The position numbers and the translations under genes are program-made. A stretch of DNA of 43,903 bases, from positions 1 to 43,903 of the forward strand of contig JABABY010000002.1 in NCBI GenBank assembly GCA_014237955.1. Reading direction: 5' to 3'. Under the pieces are notes generated by a model that worked only from the letters and a program-made list of their open reading frames with translations, searched no databases and had not been told where the DNA came from. Of the stretch, positions 42,847 through 43,903 are shown in pieces; position 1 is the stretch's first letter; each line of letters begins with the position of its first letter. This stretch comes from Planctomycetota bacterium (GTDB lineage: Bacteria; Planctomycetota; Planctomycetia; Pirellulales; UBA7805).

Positions 42847-43903
42847 TTACGGCGTCTTCCAGGGCGCATCCCACTGGATCGTATCTTCGGCCCGGGCATT
42901 CTTTGCCCTGACAGTCCCAAAAATATCTGTTGCGAAGTGGATTCCTTCACCCTCCGGCACGATCACTTGCCGAAATCGCAATAACTCGAGTAATTGGATC
43001 TGTTCTGCCTCATCATGGGCCGCGTTCCAGGTGTCGAAAAGATACTGCGCGTAGATCGTTCGGAAAATATTGGGCGTGCTTGGTTTGTTAATACCCTGAA
43101 GATATTTAACCCATCGGTGATTGGGTTGCCTGCTCGACCGGGTCGGATGTTCCACCGGAAATCCACCACGAAGTAAATCGACCTGCTTCCCATTGACCAG
43201 CCGGGCTTGCGCGACATACCAGGTATTGGTCGGCTGCTCTTTCGAAAACATGGCCCATCTTTGGCGCAGAACTAGCGATTCGGCCACTCGTTTCATCGCC
43301 GTTGGAGTGAGCGAACCACGCTCGGGTTCCATAAGCCCCAGAACATTGTAGACAATTACAAAAAGAAGACAGAGGGTGACGATCGATGTGAAAATAAGCG
43401 GTGGTTTGGGATGGTGGAGATCACCACTCTTTATCTGATCTGTCGCGTGCTGCAGTTGGCTTCTGGTTGCACCTTGTACCAACAGCGTTCGAACCGGATT
43501 CCAGCAAGTAGCCGACCAGAATTCGGTGGGTAGCAGAAGTGCCCAAGCTGCCAGGGAGATGTAGGAAAACAGACCGACCGTAACGGTCAGTTCAATCCCG
43601 ATATGAAACAATACAAATCCGGCGATTGTGAAGAGGCGAAACGTTGCGGTCCGCCACGGCACAAAGAGTAACCAGGGGCCGATAATCTGGAGGCCAATCG
43701 CCATCATTGATAAAAGTCGGATCAGGGTAGGGTGGCCAAGCAGCCATTCCCCCAGTGGTTTGTTGTAATCTCCCCAGATCAACATCCCCTCTAATAGACT
43801 GCTTAAATGTTCGTGGTTGATCAGTTTATAAATAATTGTACAAAAAAAAACCAAAAACACCTGAATGAGAATGGCACAGGTCCCCATCGATAAGACAATC
43901 GAT
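42847..43903 (-). CDS. HTTM-like (vitamin-K-dependent gamma-carboxylase-like) polytopic membrane protein, probably truncated by the window edge
   Basis: The ORF track starts at the ATG at 43887, but the frame stays open to 43902 and the upstream residues (SIVLS) continue a hydrophobic helix. There are five TM helices, then a soluble C-terminal region containing LRQRWAMFS, which is reminiscent of HTTM-associated regions. The family call is tentative. Confidence 0.55.
   Translation of the reverse strand, partial: SIVLSMGTCAILIQVFLVFFCTIIYKLINHEHLSSLLEGMLIWGDYNKPLGEWLLGHPTLIRLLSMMAIGLQIIGPWLLFVPWRTATFRLFTIAGFVLFHIGIELTVTVGLFSYISLAAWALLLPTEFWSATCWNPVRTLLVQGATRSQLQHATDQIKSGDLHHPKPPLIFTSIVTLCLLFVIVYNVLGLMEPERGSLTPTAMKRVAESLVLRQRWAMFSKEQPTNTWYVAQARLVNGKQVDLLRGGFPVEHPTRSSRQPNHRWVKYLQGINKPSTPNIFRTIYAQYLFDTWNAAHDEAEQIQLLELLRFRQVIVPEGEGIHFATDIFGTVRAKNARAEDTIQWDAPWKTP

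Noticed and set aside
1-43903. Scan for tRNA, rRNA or tmRNA genes, CRISPR arrays, transposases, integrases, prophage genes and toxin-antitoxin pairs.
   Set aside because: No intergenic region showed tRNA-like arms (no GGTTCGAAT-type T-loop context) or spaced direct repeats. No ORF showed DDE, tyrosine or serine recombinase motifs. The only phage-related element is the S74 domain, embedded in a cellular-type secreted protein.

Overview
The window is about 50% GC, densely coding chromosomal DNA. Its gene content points to a Planctomycetota-type genome: H4MPT-type formyltransferase/hydrolase (Fhc/Fwd-like) subunits A and C, a PilM-PilN fusion, many sigma factors, and a DUF1598-like secreted protein. 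All product calls rest on motifs I recognised by eye in the supplied translations; no searches were run.

Gene order:
- 49-1352: a membrane-anchored hypothetical protein and a stand-alone, very Cys-rich repeat protein.
- 2094-7679 (-): a divergent pilus-type cluster, made of a PilM-PilN fusion and two large bitopic proteins.
- 7970-13008 (-): acyl-CoA dehydrogenase, acyl-CoA synthetase and thiolase.
- 13148-16441: Fhc/Fwd subunit C, mobA on the opposite strand, and Fhc/Fwd subunit A.
- 16589-21492 (+): DinB-family protein, cold-shock protein, MBL-fold hydrolase, SulP/STAS transporter and a HAD phosphatase.
- 21847-29312 (+): a regulatory block. It holds a REC-PAS histidine kinase, a HAMP histidine kinase, a sigma-54 enhancer-binding protein, a well-spaced sigma-54 -24/-12 promoter match, then an ECF sigma, a sigma-70-type sigma and a CheY-like receiver.
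- 29638-34144: an orphan NodT-type outer-membrane factor, HdeD, an AI-2E transporter and a small secreted protein.
- 34145-35291: a gene-poor, AT-richer gap of about 1.1 kb.
- 35292-41526 (+): a three-gene operon of secreted proteins.
- 41785-43903: a secreted hypothetical protein and an HTTM-like membrane protein that runs off the window edge.

The best candidate for an undescribed system is the 35292-41526 operon. Its first protein combines a vWA/MIDAS domain, coiled coil, an STN-like module, an (MGGGG)n tract and a phage tail-fibre-type S74 self-cleaving chaperone domain. The other two are a DUF2135-like/Ig-like protein and a DUF1598-like protein.

I saw no rRNA, tRNA, CRISPR array, transposase or integrase.
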